Assembly (NCBI GenBank): GCA_036630325.1
Contig: CP142726.1
Span: 62,001 to 126,000, forward strand
DNA: 64,000 bases
Source: Vairimorpha necatrix
Lineage: Eukaryota
Direction: 5' to 3'
This document shows, in pieces, positions 13,043-25,551 of this stretch. Both the position numbers and the translations under genes were made by a program. Numbering within the stretch: the first letter of the stretch is position 1; every line of letters begins with the position of its first letter. The notes beneath the pieces are model-generated. The model was not told the DNA's origin and ran no database searches. It saw only the letters and a list, made by a program, of their open reading frames with translations.

Positions 13043-13495
13043 CCCTTCTTTGCATGATATTTCTTATTTTTTTAAATTAATCAGGGTGATGTAATTAATG
13101 ATCCAGATTAAGAAATTACTGCATAGAGATGTAAATTTCCATCACATAGTTTTGAGAAATTTATTCACAGTGTTTTGATATAAATTGTACATAAAACAAC
13201 AAAAACATGAAAACAAACCTTATTTCCACTTTTACTGTATTTTATATATCCGTTTATTTCCATAAAACAAACTAAAATCTCGCTCCTTTTTTCCAGTCAC
13301 AACAAACAGCGGAATGACAAGTTCTAGGCCTGGTAATTGACAGTGACGTTTGTTTTTTTTTTATGCGTTTTGTTGTACGCAATAGTCGCCTAAAATGTTG
13401 CCAGAAACAACAAATTTACAGTACAAGTGTTTTGAGTACCTTTTTTTGTTGACTAAATATTATGATGGAAATTTCCATCACCATGCAAAGAAGGG
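13043..13495. mobile_element. piggyBac-type non-autonomous element (MITE, 453 bp)
   Basis: TTAA on both sides (13039-13042, 13496-13499). 14-bp perfect TIR CCCTTCTTTGCATG. Subterminal palindromic motif GATG(T/G)AAATTTCCATCAC at 13128 and 13464. No long ORF. Confidence 0.85.
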
Positions 13496-13889
13496 TTAAA
13501 AGAAAATTTTAAATCACTGCGACTTTTTAGAGTAAATCTGAATATATCACAAGGTCAACAGTAAAAATGACGTTTTTGGACTTATATCAAAATATACTTC
13601 AAACACAATATCATAGTATTTTTCCCAAGCGTCATAAGTTGGTGTATCCTGATTGTTATACGCCATTTGCCAAATATTTGTAGGCAACATACAGTAATTA
13701 CACATTTCCGATTTCGATTTATCTAAGATACTTATTTTTTCTAATTATTACAGCGTAAAGATTTTAAATATACCTCGAAAGTTTAAAATGATGCAAAAAC
13801 GACCTGGCCTTGTAATTATTTATGTAATGGGCCCTTAACTTAAATTTCAACCTTATATATATGTATATAAGTTATTTAATAAAATACAA

Positions 13890-14850
13890 ATAATAATATT
13901 TATTTTGTTTTTACACACAATAAATAGTCTTAGGACAATTGTCTGGAGATTTTCCTTGTATTATGCAAGACATTGATCCGAAAAAACGGTAGACGTTAGC
14001 TTAATCTAGTTGATCTTCTTTCGGACAATCTAACTGTGACTAAGACTGCAAAAAAAAAATATAAATTATATTTCGTTCAAAAAAACAGAAAATGATTTAA
14101 TGAAGTACCGTAGAAAAAAAAATTATTTTAAAAGATGGCGAAGAAGATTAAATAACTTTTATTGTAATTATGACTTATATTGATTTGAAAAAATTAAAAC
14201 GAATATTTACTTTCACAAACCATTATAAGATCTTTCATTGCAGCTGAGCTATAGATAAAACAAATATAAAAATATAAAATATTTATAAATTGGATAAGAT
14301 CGTTGAAAGGGATATCACACTTAAAAGACGCTTAGATCCTAAAATATATTTAGAAGCCGAAAAAATATTTTCCTTGCGCTTTAGTAAAGAGAGCTTAAAG
14401 CAAATCGGCACAAAAAAGAGAAGAAGCTACAGTTTGAATGATAGACTAGCAATAATAGTAGCAAACTTGACGGATTATCAATTTTTTTTAAAATAGTTTA
14501 TGCTAAACCCCGATGTATAAAATTAAAAATTAAACAATATAGGAAATGCAAAGTGTAAATAAGAGCAAGTTGCATGAACATTAAAAAATGATTTTTTGCT
14601 AAAAAATAAAATGGATCGGAATAATTTCTAAAATAAATATTAATCATACTAAATGCTTCTTAAATATATTTGATTACCAGAATTTAAAGTTGTATTTACT
14701 TAGAACATTATGTAGAGTTCAAAAACTAGATAAGCCGATTTTTTCATTAAAGCATAAAATTTTGAAAATATTAACGAGAGCTCTATTATTAGGAGCAAAA
14801 AAATTATTGAATAGAACGAATTAAATCATAAACATTCAATATTCGGGTGT
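13890..14850 (+). pseudogene. Possible decayed gene for a secreted protein
   Basis: Signal-like IIFILFLHTINS after a TA tract, plus coding-like fragments (ORF 14290-14496). No recognisable motif. Confidence 0.25.
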
Positions 14851-15170
14851 AAAGTTGTTATTGTTGCATTTTTATTGTAAAAAAATTTATAATTTTTTTT
14901 TTATTTGTTACTTAATAAACAAATATAAAAAAATAATTGAGTATTGTCCTACTAAAATGTATCAGCTCTGCATTCCAAACTTTGAAAGTGTATATAAATT
15001 ATGGGACATTTTCAATATACGATTGTAAACCAAATTAATCTTTTAAGAGCCAATTACATATCTATTGGATAGTAAATTTGGACATTTGTTAATAGAATTT
15101 CTTTTTTTTAAAGACCTTAAGAGTTTATTGTGAATTTGATACGTTTTACACTTGTAACAAATGGTTAAAG

Positions 15171-16131
15171 GGCAGTCTGGTGGCCAAAAATCCCTTAAAA
15201 GGAATTTTCAAAAAAATCACCCCCAAAAATGAAAAGTCAAGAGGAAAAAATAAAAACTTAAAAATCATTTTAAAGATTTTATCAAACAAATCCCCTTCAA
15301 AATTTCTTCTAAGCATAAATCTTAACAAAGACTTCTTTATTAATTTTTTTGTTCTATGCCTTATGAAAGTTTCACTTTTGAAAGCGGCACATTACCTTCG
15401 ATAGTATTAGTATGGCATGAATTATTTTTATTAACTTATTCTTTTGAATGATTAACCGTCTTATGTTGTTGAAAAATTGAACACAACCTAGAATATGAAG
15501 AGAAGCAATCACTATGTATGATAGATTCTGGGTGAACATATTTAATTAAAAGTTCTTCTAGTGTAGTTGCTCTTCTATTATAAACAGGAACAAACACAAT
15601 TTTCCTTTGAGGTGTTCTTTCTACCATTCCGAAAATCCAAACTCCTTCTACCCTATGGCCTCTTTGGTATTTTACTTTACCAAACTTACTTTCATCTATT
15701 TCCACAACAATCACAGGTCCTGATATTATACCTGTTTCAACGTAAACAGAATTTTCGATGGAATTTACTGTTAAAGAAATAATTTATTTACACTTTTAAT
15801 GCTAAATCCAAGAAATTTCGCCACGGCGTTATACTTTACATTAACAGACCATAATTTAATAATTAATAACATAGTATTAATTCCAAGCTTGTTATTGTAG
15901 AATGGAGTGTTTTTTAATAAAGACCATTTACTTCTACATTTAGACCAAGTACATCATAAAAAAAAACTTTTCATTATTTTTTTTACTTGTAGAACCACAT
16001 TTTATACATGATTTGCTTGTTTTCTCAATATATTTTAAAAAAATTTCAAAAAGTTTTTCTTCTTGACTTTTCATTTTTGGGGTGATTTTTTTAAAAATTC
16101 CCTTTAAGGGATTTTTGGCCACCAAACTGCC
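15171..16131 (-). mobile_element. Merlin DNA transposon (second family), inactive, no TSD
   Basis: Roughly 78-bp TIRs GGCAGT(C/T)TGGTGGCCAAAAATCCCTTAAA.... Frameshifted transposase from ATG 16074: CIKC, IVVEIDESKFGKVKYQRGHRVEGVWIFGMVER, IHSDCFSSY, HKTVNHS. The flanks do not match. Confidence 0.92.
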
Positions 16132-16431
16132 ATAGCTCCAACCTAAAGGATCTAAAAATAACATTTATAGATAATAAATATTCTATATTAATTTTGAAAA
16201 ATAAAAAATTATATCTAATTAAAAAATCTCTGCTTGCTTTTTTCAATAAAAAAATTTCAGTTAATCTTATTAGGTGTCTCAACTTTGTACATTTAGGTTT
16301 TTATTTTTTAAAATAGGCTTATTAAATCTTCAGCCTCTTCATTACTTATCCATCTCTTTTTTTTTGAAAAAGGGGCAATTTTTTAAAAATTTTACCCCTG
16401 TTATTTTTTCGTACAAGTGCTGATTTTAGCC
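16132..16431 (-). mobile_element. Truncated 5' end of a Merlin related to the 7311 element
   Basis: 16353-16431 is a TIR similar to 7311 (GGCTAAAATCAGCA...AAAATTTTTAAAAAATTGCCCCTTTTT), followed by a degraded SNEE start like MMSNEE. Confidence 0.75.
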
Positions 16432-17200
16432 GACGTTTTTTTCATATTTTTTGTTTGCTATGAAAAGGTATCGAATAAAAGGAAACTAGAATAAAGAATA
16501 ATATTACTTTGTTTTCTTTTTACGCAAAATATCACATGAGAGAAATGATTTTTTATAATGATGCATTTTTAATTAAAATCATAATTACATAAGCCAAAAT
16601 CAAAGTAACTATTGTAAAACACAAAAGAATTACAATGATTATATTATTTCTACTTATTTAGAATGAGGTTTTTATATTGCAAATTAACTAATACAATAAA
16701 AATAAACATTTTTGAAACATCATCCATAAGACTGATTTTGATTGATCAAAATAATAAAATATAATTCATTACATCATTTATAATTTTTAAAATGTTGTTA
16801 TTTGTAAAGTTTATTCCAAGAATATATACAGACAAACTGTTAAGGCTATTTGCCCATTATTTTAAATAGCATTATAGATATAGTTCAGAGACTTTTATTT
16901 GTATAAGAACACAAGTTATCATAAACATTAAAGTGTTTCGTTAATTGTACATATTTAACTAATATCTTTAATGGTTAACTATTTAGAAAAGAATTAATTT
17001 TTAATTTGTTAAGCTAAACTTTTTTCACAAGTTCGTTATGATTAATCACTAAATTAATTTTTGAGTTGTAATTAAAAAGCAAGGAAAAAGTTTAAGATAT
17101 TAAAAAAATGTATAGTTTTCTTTTTTTTGTTTTATCATAAATATCATAATAAAATTTATATTAATTTTATGAGATAAATATTCAATTAAAAAAAACCCAA

Positions 17201-18493
17201 ATGTATTGGAAGCTTCAAATATTTATTGTTTGGGGATATTGTTGGCTATCGCTATTTGTTGAGTATAAAGAAAATGATACATGTGATGTAATTGTTGGTG
17301 TTACAAGCTATGCTAGCCACCTAGAAAACCTGCAAATTACACTTCTTAAAGACGAAGATTTTATTTCTGAGCGCCAAAATCGGGACGAATTCTATGATAA
17401 AGTAGAACTATCATTGGCAAGTAATGAAGGCAACTTACATCTAGTAAATAGAGAAGAATATGAAAAAATCAAAGCAGCATCATCAAAATTCAATTCCTAC
17501 GCATGCATTAGGAAATTTATTCTTAGTGTAAAATATTATAAATGTACAATTAACTTAGTGGATGGAAGAAAATATTTTTTTGGAATTCTTTTAAAAAGAG
17601 CGAACAATGGGCCCAATAATCTTTCATACACACAATTATTTAATTTCGATGGTAAATTACATTTTGCTGAGCCGTCAACAAAATTGCTAATAAAAAATAA
17701 AGATAATTTGTTTCAGAATATTTTAACCATACTAATAATTTTGATTTGAAGAGTACAAATAATTTGGATAATAGTAATAAGAATCTCGAGCAAAATGATA
17801 CTTATGAAAATACTAAAGTAATAAAAAAACATCTGAATATAGAACCGATTTATAATCTTAAGAACGAAAAACTCAATGCTGATCTAAGTAACATAAGACC
17901 TGATGATAATCTTGATAAAGAAACTTCTGATAAGAATTAAAATAAATCGGAATCCTACAAAACTTTTTTGGACGAAATGCCTGATAAGATTCTAGGCAAT
18001 TCGGAATCTAATAATAATCTTATAAACAAAATCTCAGATAAGAATGGCAACGTAGAGCTGGATAATAATAAAGAAAAGGAATTTTTTATTAGAATCTAAA
18101 TAACTTGATAACTAATAAAAACCTTGCGAACAAAACTCCTGATATGAGTCTTGCGGACGAAACTCCTTATAAGAACCTAAATAATTCGCAATTAGAACCT
18201 GATAAAAATTTTGATGACGAAACATTTGATCAGAATCTAGGCAATTCGGGGCTCGAGAATGAAAAGTTTGATAAGAATCTAGTTAACTCGGAATCTGATA
18301 ATAAGTTTAAGAACGAAAAAAACGGATAGATTGTAAAAACCTCGATACCTGATAGTAAACATGATAATAATAACAATGATTCACAAGAAAATCCCAATGA
18401 AGAATAGGCAAACCAAGTCTTTATTAGTTATTATATGCTATTTTCATATCAATATTTGCTTTTTCAGTATTATTGTTTTCAAAAATAAATTAA
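17201..18493 (+). pseudogene. Family A paralog with an expanded Asn/Asp/Lys repeat stalk, disrupted
   Basis: CCC before the ATG. N-terminus GYCWLSLFVEYKENDTCDVIVG and SVKYYKC match family A. Continues in shifted frames (17746, 18105) with degenerate DKNLxN/DETxD repeats. Hydrophobic remnant near 18420-18490. Confidence 0.75.
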
Positions 18494-19247
18494 AATTTTA
18501 TACTTAGTCGCTTTTGTTTTCGTTTTTTCGTATATTACAAGTTAAAAACATTGTTACAGAGTTTTTAAAGTTAAATAAAAGTGATTTTTGATTTAACATA
18601 TCTTAATATATCATATTAAATACCTAATACAACGTAATAACATAAGTCAACAGCTAAAGTGTTTAGTCTGTAGAAATTTAATTTTATTTATTTAACATTT
18701 CAGAAATTAATATAAAAAACCAATATAATTGAAAAATACATTTGATATTATGGCCAGCAAATAATTTAGAGAATATATATAGGGATAATTGTTAAAAGAT
18801 GGTAAATTAGATCTACTTAAACAAATATTAGCTGAAAAAAATTTATTGAAATATTCTTGAATTCAATTTTTATTATAAAAGTACATATAAATTAGCAAAT
18901 TTTAAAATTCGTAAGAATATATAAAATCTATATTAATAAATTCGAATCATGATTTAATATATACGATGATTTTTGTGTTTGATTCTATATATTGTCGAAA
19001 TGGTATAGATAGTAACAATATTTAAATTTCATACTGTAACTGTCAAACATAAATTAAAAATCATCAAAATTAACCCATCCTTCAGATTTTTTCAAAACTA
19101 TTGAATTTTATTTAAGTATATTTTAAAAGCCTAATTACACATGTTTGTTTTTAGTTTCATTTAAAAAATTTCATTAAAAATTATACAATATTTACGACAG
19201 ATATTACATTAGTTTAATAATCATGATGAATAAACTAATGTAAACTT

Positions 19248-20900
19248 ATGAATTTTTTTCTAAATTTAATTTTCATTTTTAATAACATAAAATCATTTGT
19301 TTTTTAAAAAAATTCAACATTGACGCAATGATCATTTGACATAATTACGTTAGCTTTTGTAATAACAACACTGTTATTTTTCTCTTATAAATTACTAAAA
19401 ATTTATATTTGACATTTTCGACACCTCGGAGATTGATTGTGAAACGTTTTTTGGAACTTTTGCGATTATATTTCGACATAAAAATAAATGTTTACGACAA
19501 CATCAAAAAGGTTTTATAAAATCAGCTTTAATTTAAATTATGAAACTGCGAAGTTTAGGTTCAATGTTAAACAAAATTAACTTAAGTAATTTTAAAAATG
19601 AAGAAGGCATTGTTCAAGGTGCATCTTTTGGAGAATCGATTAATATATAATAAAGTAGAGCATTTTCAGAAGACGTGATTTTTTTTCACCAAATGAAGAT
19701 ATCATTAATGATTCCACAAAGTACGCATGCGACGAATGTTGAAAAACGAAGTATAAAGGATTTTTAAAAAAAATATATAAATAATGCTAGTGAACAAAGG
19801 AAATGTGATTTTTTTTCATTGTATTCTATAATAGAATACACTAAAAATGCTAAGCGGAACCTCTAATATGCAAAGGTAGACCTGGCGATCTACAAACTTT
19901 TTTATCTCAAAAGCACACACTGAAAAACTTTAGGAAATAAGACCAAATGAATTAGAAGAAGTCGAATATTGGAGACGGGCAATATTATTTAGTCGAAAAT
20001 TGAATTTATTTTATATATTGATGAATGTATAGATTAAATTACTAAGAAAATAAAAATACAATGTGATGAACTAAAAGGGCGTAAATAAAATATTAAAGTG
20101 AAACAATAGTTCAATTACATATGCTAATTTAAAATCATTTTTCTGTGATTCAGATAATATAATTTTAGCAGATTGAGTTAAACTTATTGAAATGATGGTT
20201 TTGCAACAAATCATAAAATAATCATATCATTTGATGAAATTACCATAAATTTTACTAAAAAGACAATTACTTTTATGTTTTGCTACATTATGTATTAGAT
20301 TGCTTAGAGAACTAATATTCTTGGTACTTAAATATTCTTGGCAAATTCACAATACAAAAATAGAGTCTGTTATAAAAAAATATCCCCAAGTCAAGAGATT
20401 GTTTTAATATATCATTACTTATTCTATATCAAGCAAGGCAGTATTAATTAAAAAAATTAAGCAATTCACATGATGAACGATAGATTTGCAATTTGTTAAG
20501 CTGTGAAAAGCATATTCATTAGCAAATACGAATATCACAAAAGATTTTATTTCTTGATGTTTCAGTAAAAATATTTTTCCTTAGAAAATTTAAAAAATCT
20601 TGATCAAATTTTTTACTTATCAAAGATATTTGAACTGATTATCAATATAGTATGTCTAAAATTTCATTTATAATCTAATGCTCGTAAATTTTAAAAACTT
20701 TATTGCGAGGAAAAAAAGTCCATTTACTTGGACATTTCGTAAAAAAGTTATACCTTATCTAAATTTATCATATGTTGTATTAAAATTATTTTACGGCCCA
20801 AAAATTTAACTTTTATAAGTGAATCTGTCGATTACAGAAAATATTGATAATCTAACAGTAAAATGGTGGCGTGTTCTAAAGGCTGGTATACTAAGGAGCA
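19248..20900 (+). pseudogene. Possible heavily decayed secreted-protein gene (perhaps family B)
   Basis: Signal-like start MNFFLNLIFIFNNIKS, coding-like fragments, and SKIEFIL near 19995 resembling family B NKIEFL. Many stops. Confidence 0.3.
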
Positions 20901-21419
20901 CAAGAGGGTAATGTAATTTAAATACAAATATGTTATTTCTTCATAAAATATAATCTGTAATATAGTTTATTACGCTGATTTTCGTGGTTAGAATAAAATT
21001 ACTCGATGGGTTTGTCAAATTAGAAAAAAATACGAAAAAAGTATAAACTTTAAAAAAAAAATTAAAATATTGATGAAAAAAAACTTTATATATTTATAAA
21101 TATACAAAGTCTGCAAAGTAAATATTTATGAGGTACACATTATTTTTTACGTTTTGTAAAAATGAATCCCCGTCTTTAGTTATAAATTACTGTTGTCACT
21201 ATCTCTGAAATTATCAGTTATTTAAATCTAACAATATTTTTATAAATCGCATTGAAGTAAATTTTGCACGTTTTAAGTTAGAATACAAAATAAGACATGT
21301 AGTCCTTTAATTATATGAAGAAAAAGTTAAATTACTGAATAATTTCAAATGAATTTGAAGATTATTGAGTTGATTTATCATCAAGAATAGATATTCATAG
21401 ACTAGTTTTAAAGGTATCG

Positions 21420-23000
21420 CTCATGAGATTCAGCTCTTCACAGACTTTGGTTTCTGTAAAATTTTTTCTGTTTTTCAACTCCAAATTTTTAGCTTCATTC
21501 CATTTTACCGACACCACTTCTTTAACAGTCGCTATTTTCTCTTGCGCTCACAGCTATAACCACTCTTCTCCTGCATCCTCCTAACCGTATCCTCGTCGTC
21601 GTTCTAGAGAGATGGATTCTAGAGTATTCTTCATCACAATAAACTAGATATATGCTTCAAGATAGGGTTGTTTTCAGCTCCCCGATGTACTTTCTGTGAT
21701 ATTTGGTTACCACTCCATCCCATGTTATTACTTAAGTAACTTTTCTTGTCCATGATTTATGTATATGTCCCCGTTCATTTGCAAACAGGTCATGTTTTCT
21801 TAGTTTTTCATTCTCAAATATAGTAAGTCGATCCTAGTTGGTTATACAACTTCAACTATAAAAATTTCTTTCTTCTTCTTGTCAAACACAAGAATATTGG
21901 GCTTATTATGAGTCACCTTTATACTAGTGAATATTCTCGTATCTACTCTTATTTCTTCACGATCATTTTCCATGATCTCTTGTACTGAGTATCCACGTAT
22001 TTTCTTTGTCTTCTTAACCCATATTTAATACATAGTAAGAGATGAATGCATCTAACTACCTCGTTGTGTCTTTTCATGTAATCAAAACCCATTTTTCCAT
22101 CGCACTTGGTAGCTAAATGATCCACGGTCTTCCTATTAAGATACACAATGGGGACATTGTCCCTCTTGTCCCCAGAAAATATTTCTATCCTGTAGGAAGC
22201 AGTAAATTGCTTCGGATATAGCCTGATTGTTTCATTAAACAAAGTCAAAAGAGTCTTTAATGCTTACTAAATCGTTATTCCTAGCTTTAAACAACTTTTC
22301 ATGGTTTGTCCTTAACTCAATTTTGTTGTAAAGTGCTTCTTTTTGGGATTCTTTAGCATCTTCAGGGTTATCTCTTATACAAAGTTACACCTAATTTTTA
22401 TATACTCTTTGATTGTGAACAAGTGGGATTTGCTCTCTTCCCTTACTTTAAGTATCGCTGCTCGTCTTCGTGAGCTATTTCTAGACTCATCTAATGTTTT
22501 ATAGATATTCAGAAGCATACTTTTGCTTCTATCTTCGATACTTATGAGGCCATAACATTTTTATGATCTAGGTAGGTGTGGCATCCCACATGTCAAACAT
22601 ATTATTTAGGCATTTCTTGATTTGTTTACCCTGTTAACAAAAAATAAAAAATTATAAAAGCAAATTCCATACTTAGGGATATGAAAGATAATCATAATAA
22701 ACATTTTAGTATAAATACATCTTTAATATTTTTGTATCTCAGAAGGAAATAGAACAGTATATACTCTTTCCTTCCAGGCTGGCTGTAGATGGACCTGGTA
22801 ATGATAATTACCTGTCGAATTTCAAATTTAGACTTTTAAATTCTATTGATTCAAATTTAAATAGTTCTAAATGATAATTTTATTACTGAACTGCATGTTT
22901 GTTTATAGCTTAAGTCATATTCTTACCATTTAATTGATGTTTGGACATTTTTTCAACCTGATGTAGAATCTCATTTCTTACTTTTTTATAAGTCTCTCTT
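21420..23000 (-). mobile_element. 5'-truncated, decayed non-LTR retrotransposon (restriction-like endonuclease class)
   Basis: Minus-strand fragments in order: LNGKNM..AINKHA, VHLQPAWKERVY/LPR..GLISIEDRS, TVDHLATKC...RHNEVVRCIH, HNKPNILVFDKKKKEIFIVEV (PD-(D/E)xK-like), EKLRKHDLFANE, ITWDGVVTKYH, LEAYI. Ends are approximate. Confidence 0.85.
22577..22756 (+). mobile_element. Candidate solo LTR (180 bp) nested in the non-LTR element
   Basis: Interrupts the ERVY|LPR motif exactly. TG...CA termini; starts TGTGGCATCCCACATG. TSD imperfect (GTAGG/GTATA). Confidence 0.5.
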
Positions 23001-23513
23001 TCTAATGGAAATAAAAATAAAAAATTAATATTTATATGACAAAATTATATATTAAATAAAGTCTTAAATCATATTAATTATAAGCAATTCAGCTTTTCGA
23101 CTTTTAGAATTTGGGTCAAAAACGCCCCTTCAGAGGGTGTTTATTATTTTTTTAGCCCCAAAAATAAAGTGCTTAAATAGGAGAAGCAATCATTAGCAAT
23201 CAAATTAATTGCATCTTTTAATGGTAAAAATACCAAATAATTATAACTTTATATATAAAATCAATTTATAAAGAATAATGTCCTATTAAACTATATATTT
23301 TAAATTAGTTTAACATTTTTTTATACAATTTTTGATTAAAAAATTTGTCTAAATTTAACAATATGTATTTAATTTTTCTATATCTATATCATATTTTTTT
23401 TGTGTTTGTATTATAAAAATGAGATTTATGTAGAAATTTCCTTTCATAATTAACAAAATTAAAAAAAATTGGAACTGTAAAAAATACATCACATTTAAAA
23501 CAGTCATAATAAC

Positions 23514-23788
23514 TGTGGTATAACCACATGTTTCAAGAGTGGCCAATCAATAAGGAAACGTCAAACAGTTTTAAAACACGACAATATTTAACAAAGGCTA
23601 ATGGTCCATTATGAAACATTCAAAAGTGGTTGGTGGGCCACAACTATAAATAGAAAAATTATGTCATAGACACGCATCCATGAACAGCAACTCAAACACA
23701 CATTTTACACCTAACAATAAAACAATTAAAAATACTAAAATTAATTCTATAAGCGTGCTGGAACATTTTTACCATCACGGATACGTCA
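23514..23788 (+). mobile_element. Candidate solo LTR (275 bp)
   Basis: Starts TGTGGTATAACCACATG and ends ACGTCA, like the 10331 LTR (TGTGGTATAA...CCACATG...ACGCCA). Contains TATAAATA and AATAAA. TSD degenerate. Confidence 0.5.
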
Positions 23789-23930
23789 TTAAACTTTATA
23801 TAATATTATATAAGATGAAAGAAGAATTTTATATATTTTTTTTCGTTTTTTATAAATTATACTATGTATTCGTACTTATTATCATTTAACACTTTTTTTT
23901 TTAAATCTAAAAAATTTTACCCATAAAATT

Positions 23931-24287
23931 TTGCGTTTTATTGTCTATATCAACCTTTAAATTGATCTGTGTGTCTTGTATCGCTAAGACTTTACTATTT
24001 TTCTATAGCTTTTTATGATTGTATAAATTAATATCTTTATTGATGTTGTTTTAGCAATTCTGATATTCCTAGCCTTCAAACACAAACCTCTTCTTTGTAT
24101 TTTTTTTTTAAATATAAGAATGTACAACATTTTTTAGGTAAAGGTCCATCATTTATAAACCTTAGCCAAAGTATTTTTTATTTGGTTATTCATTGGCTCG
24201 TTGGTCGTTATTGTAAGACATTTGACAGATGATATTTATGACCCCCGTTGTTGTGATGTAATTCCTAATACCAGACGTTGCACCACA
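23931..24287 (-). mobile_element. Candidate solo LTR (357 bp)
   Basis: Plus-strand termini TTGCGT...CCACA versus TGGCGT...CCACA for the 10331 LTR. 5-bp direct repeat AAATT on both sides (23926-23930, 24288-24292). Similar length. Confidence 0.55.
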
Positions 24288-24455
24288 AAATTCTCTATAA
24301 ATGTGTATTAACATGTGTTTTGAAGCACTATGACATAAAGTACTTTTGATAGTATTGTGTGCCCAAATATGACTAGAGTAAGGTCAATAGATAAGCTTTC
24401 TTAATTATTTTATCAAAAAAGACAGCGTGTATATGCTCATCTACATTGTAATTTT

Positions 24456-25551
24456 TGTGCTTCTTTGGTATGCGATCGGACACCAAGACCCCCCCCCTTG
24501 TAAAGGAAAAAAAATGAAAAAAAACGTTAAAAAATACTATAAATTTGATTTAATTGAGTAAATTATAAAATAAATCAACATAAAAGTCGTAAAACTTCTC
24601 ATTTTGTCATCTCTACAAAAACTTTTTCTAAATATAAATTCATTGGGCCATGAATCAATTTCATTACGCTATACTCCATCTTCTTTATCATTTCAGATTT
24701 TAGCTGCGACCATACATTCTCAATGTTACTGGTATGAGTACCATCTGCAGATTTAAACCCGATAGAGTGGTTTACTACCTTATGTTCAAGACAAAGATCT
24801 CGGGCTACACTTGGATAACTCGGATGACCATCACTATGTAAAATCGAACCAACGCCTATTTTACCTTCTAGAGCAACTATTAAACACTCGACTTTCCTAT
24901 TATCCACCACTGTAATATAAAAGTTCACAGGATTAGATGCTTCTACTATACCTAGTATCCAAAAAGTATCAGGGATTATATCATCACAACTTGTTGGATT
25001 TCTTATTTTACCTCTTCTACAAATTACAGACTCATCAACATGGACAATTATTCTTGGTCCGTTAATAATAAGCCTCTTAGAATATTTGTTTTTAAAAATT
25101 TCTCTAATTCTTTTTTTTGCATCGGAAACAGTCGATGAAGAAACTCCTAGTTTTGCCTCTAAAGTAAAATACTACTCCTACACAAAATTAAAAATATTAA
25201 TTCACAAAAATTATATAAAGGTAACTTGCTTCCTTTGTTAACTGATATTTTAGCACTGCATTTATAATTGGAACACCCGTATACCACTCTTTTAACCTCT
25301 CGCTCCTTATATAATACAACATTTAAAACTCATTGCATTTAAAGCACGTCTTTTGCCCTTTCAAGACTTCTAACTCAAGTAATATGTTTAAACAGTCGTC
25401 AATACCATAGAAAAGCCTTTGTATTGCCTTTATTTTGATTTTCGTGCTTTTCTTTGTTATGCGATCAGAAATTTTAAAGTCACTATTTTCCATTTTTAGG
25501 GGATCAGAATTTTTTTTAAAAAAAATTCTGATCGCATACCAAAGAAGCACC
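24456..25551 (-). mobile_element. Merlin DNA transposon (third family), inactive
   Basis: Roughly 25-bp TIR (G)GTGCTTCTTTGGTATGCGATC. 8-bp TSD GTAATTTT at 24448-24455 and 25552-25559. Frameshifted transposase from ATG 25493: CFKC, GPRIIVHVDESVICRRG, WILGIVE, LHSDGHPSY, HKVVNHS, HTSNIENVWS. Confidence 0.92.

Noticed and set aside
13569-13590. GACGTTTTT followed by GGACTTATATC as a possible TSD and left TIR for the orphan Merlin end at 16431
   Set aside because: TIR similarity collapses after about 10 nt and no Merlin coding sequence follows.
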